This document shows positions 22,466 through 24,130 of a stretch of 24,130 nucleotides of DNA, piece by piece. This DNA comes from Catajapyx aquilonaris (Eukaryota), in NCBI GenBank assembly GCA_000934665.2, contig JYFJ02002325.1:62001-86130 (forward strand), written 5' to 3'. Numbering within the stretch: the stretch's first letter is position 1; every line of letters starts with the position of its first letter. The position numbers and the translations under genes were made by a program. The notes below the pieces were generated by a model. That model worked only from the letters and a program-made list of their open reading frames with translations, was not told the DNA's origin and searched no databases.

Positions 22466-24130
22466 CGCTCGGGTTCTCCTCGCTTGCTGACTGCTACACT
22501 AAATTACTCCACAGTACAGCTTACGGTTTGTCTCGCCCACATTCTGCACCTTGGCCATTATCATCTCGCCTTGACTCACACCTTGATCAAGCACCCAATG
22601 AGACGGCGGGAACACAATGTGGTACTATGTGGCTGCAGTTATTCGCTAATGCGGAAGCCTAAAATGTATGAAATATGCCGCTTTTGTCGATATGAAATGC
22701 AGGGCACGAAATAATTAATCTGCTAACATCAGCATGACAAGGCATAAAAATACTTCACCTCGTCTGAAGAGAAGAATAAAAAGAGCAAGAGTGAAACGTT
22801 GGTATCATTTAACAGGATTTTCAGCGAGTCACATAAAGCGTTTGGCCGGAGGGGGGCTTTGTTTATCTGGGGGTGTTTATTAGTCTGGCAAACGGGAACG
22901 AACGCAAGCCTAACCTGCTGATCCAGAACTCTGCCAACTTGTTGATGTTAGCTGTTTCTAGCACTGTTTGCCCGCTAATTGTGTATTTTTGTCTGGAACG
23001 TGAATGACACCTTACCTCTAATTAATTCACCAAACTCGCCGCTTCCTTTTTCCAGTTGCCTCTCCCAATTAAGCAAAGGTAAACGCAACGCAAGCACGCT
23101 ACGATGATAATATTTTTTATAGAAATCGCATGTACGTTTAACAAATCTCGTGATGATATGATACAGTATGCGGTATTATTGGCGTTCACTAATGTACTGT
23201 ACAACTGAAAGTACAATATTGGCATAAAAATATTAATTATATCGGCTTTTGATATATCAACATAATATTTCGTCTCATTTTGAACCACTTTAAAATTTTT
23301 GAGCAAATCATCTGCACCATTATCTAATTTTTTATCCACAGTATGGCTTAGATAACGTCAAAACCATATTTTTGGGATGTATTTTTTAAATCGACATTGT
23401 CACAAGTATGCCACAAAATTGCCATACAGTATGACATTGTCAGCCTCCATGAGACAGCTTCATATTCACTGCAATGAGCACCAAGCTGCGTGCAGTACAG
23501 AACATCAAGATGTTTTTGTGGCTCCGGTTTTTGCGAACCAAGTCCAAGTTGACAAGTGGACCGAAAAGAGTGTTCGGCAAAGTGATAAGTACGGCTTTCC
23601 CGATACAAACTGCAGAGCGTAACTTACTGTAAATGTTGACAGTTTCTAAGAAGAGAGTAGTAAAGTTTGTGCCCCTGTTGATTGATAGGCTTTACTTGAG
23701 GAGTGCAAGTTGTTGAGGGACTCTCGTGGCTTTTCTTCTGGACCTAGAAACGGGAAAGGAATCTTTCCTCTCGCAGGGTTGTTGAAGTATCCCTAAGAAA
23801 CGTGCCTCCGTGTCCTTTTTCCTTCTTCCCCCCATCCACTCTGATGTCCCCCCTCCACCTCTTTTCGCCAACCGCACTTGGTGTCTCCCCACTAGTCCTT
23901 CGGGATGAGTCTCAAAAAGCTATGGAACGACTCGGATGCAGCAGCAGGTGTTTCCTTCTACCTGTTGACTGCCATCGGATTTAGTTAGGGCCTAACTGTC
24001 GTCAAACCGATTTCTAAAATGCCAAAAGGAAAATAAGGAACTGAAGGGAAAAAAATAAGCTAAGAATTTATCCATCTTCCTACTATGCACTGTATAAGAG
24101 CTCAGTGTAAGAGATGTGAGTAATGCGGTG

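Noticed and set aside
23022..23339. 105-aa minus-strand ORF (MDKKLDNGADDLLKNF...)
   Set aside because: GTG start, AT-rich composition, no domain or splice support.
1..24130. CRISPR arrays, tRNA/rRNA genes, IS elements, telomeric TTAGG arrays, retroelement coding regions
   Set aside because: I saw no regularly spaced repeats, tRNA or rRNA signatures, tandem TTAGG, or RT/integrase/transposase motifs. Highly decayed copies could be missed without a search.

Overview
This window looks like eukaryotic, almost entirely non-coding DNA, probably a large intron or gene-poor intergenic stretch of an invertebrate animal. That assignment is an inference from abundant CpG, TAAT-rich motif blocks, Tc1/mariner-type TA-flanked termini, microsatellites and long G/C homopolymers. 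I recognise no known protein family, rRNA, tRNA, miRNA, CRISPR array or prokaryotic gene organisation, and nearly all ORFs in the track look like chance ORFs. The best coding candidate is a small ORF at 1042-1284: a signal-peptide-like N-terminus, six closely spaced cysteines, strong GC3 bias and a possible second exon at 1462-1516. The other signals are an 86-bp MITE-like relic with a second terminus 9 kb away, two AG|GT junctions resembling recursive splice sites, dense transcription-factor motif clusters at about 8430-8540 and 9080-9153, several G-quadruplex-capable tracts and simple repeats. All motif counts were made by eye and chosen post hoc. I found no well-supported novel system; the findings are leads only.
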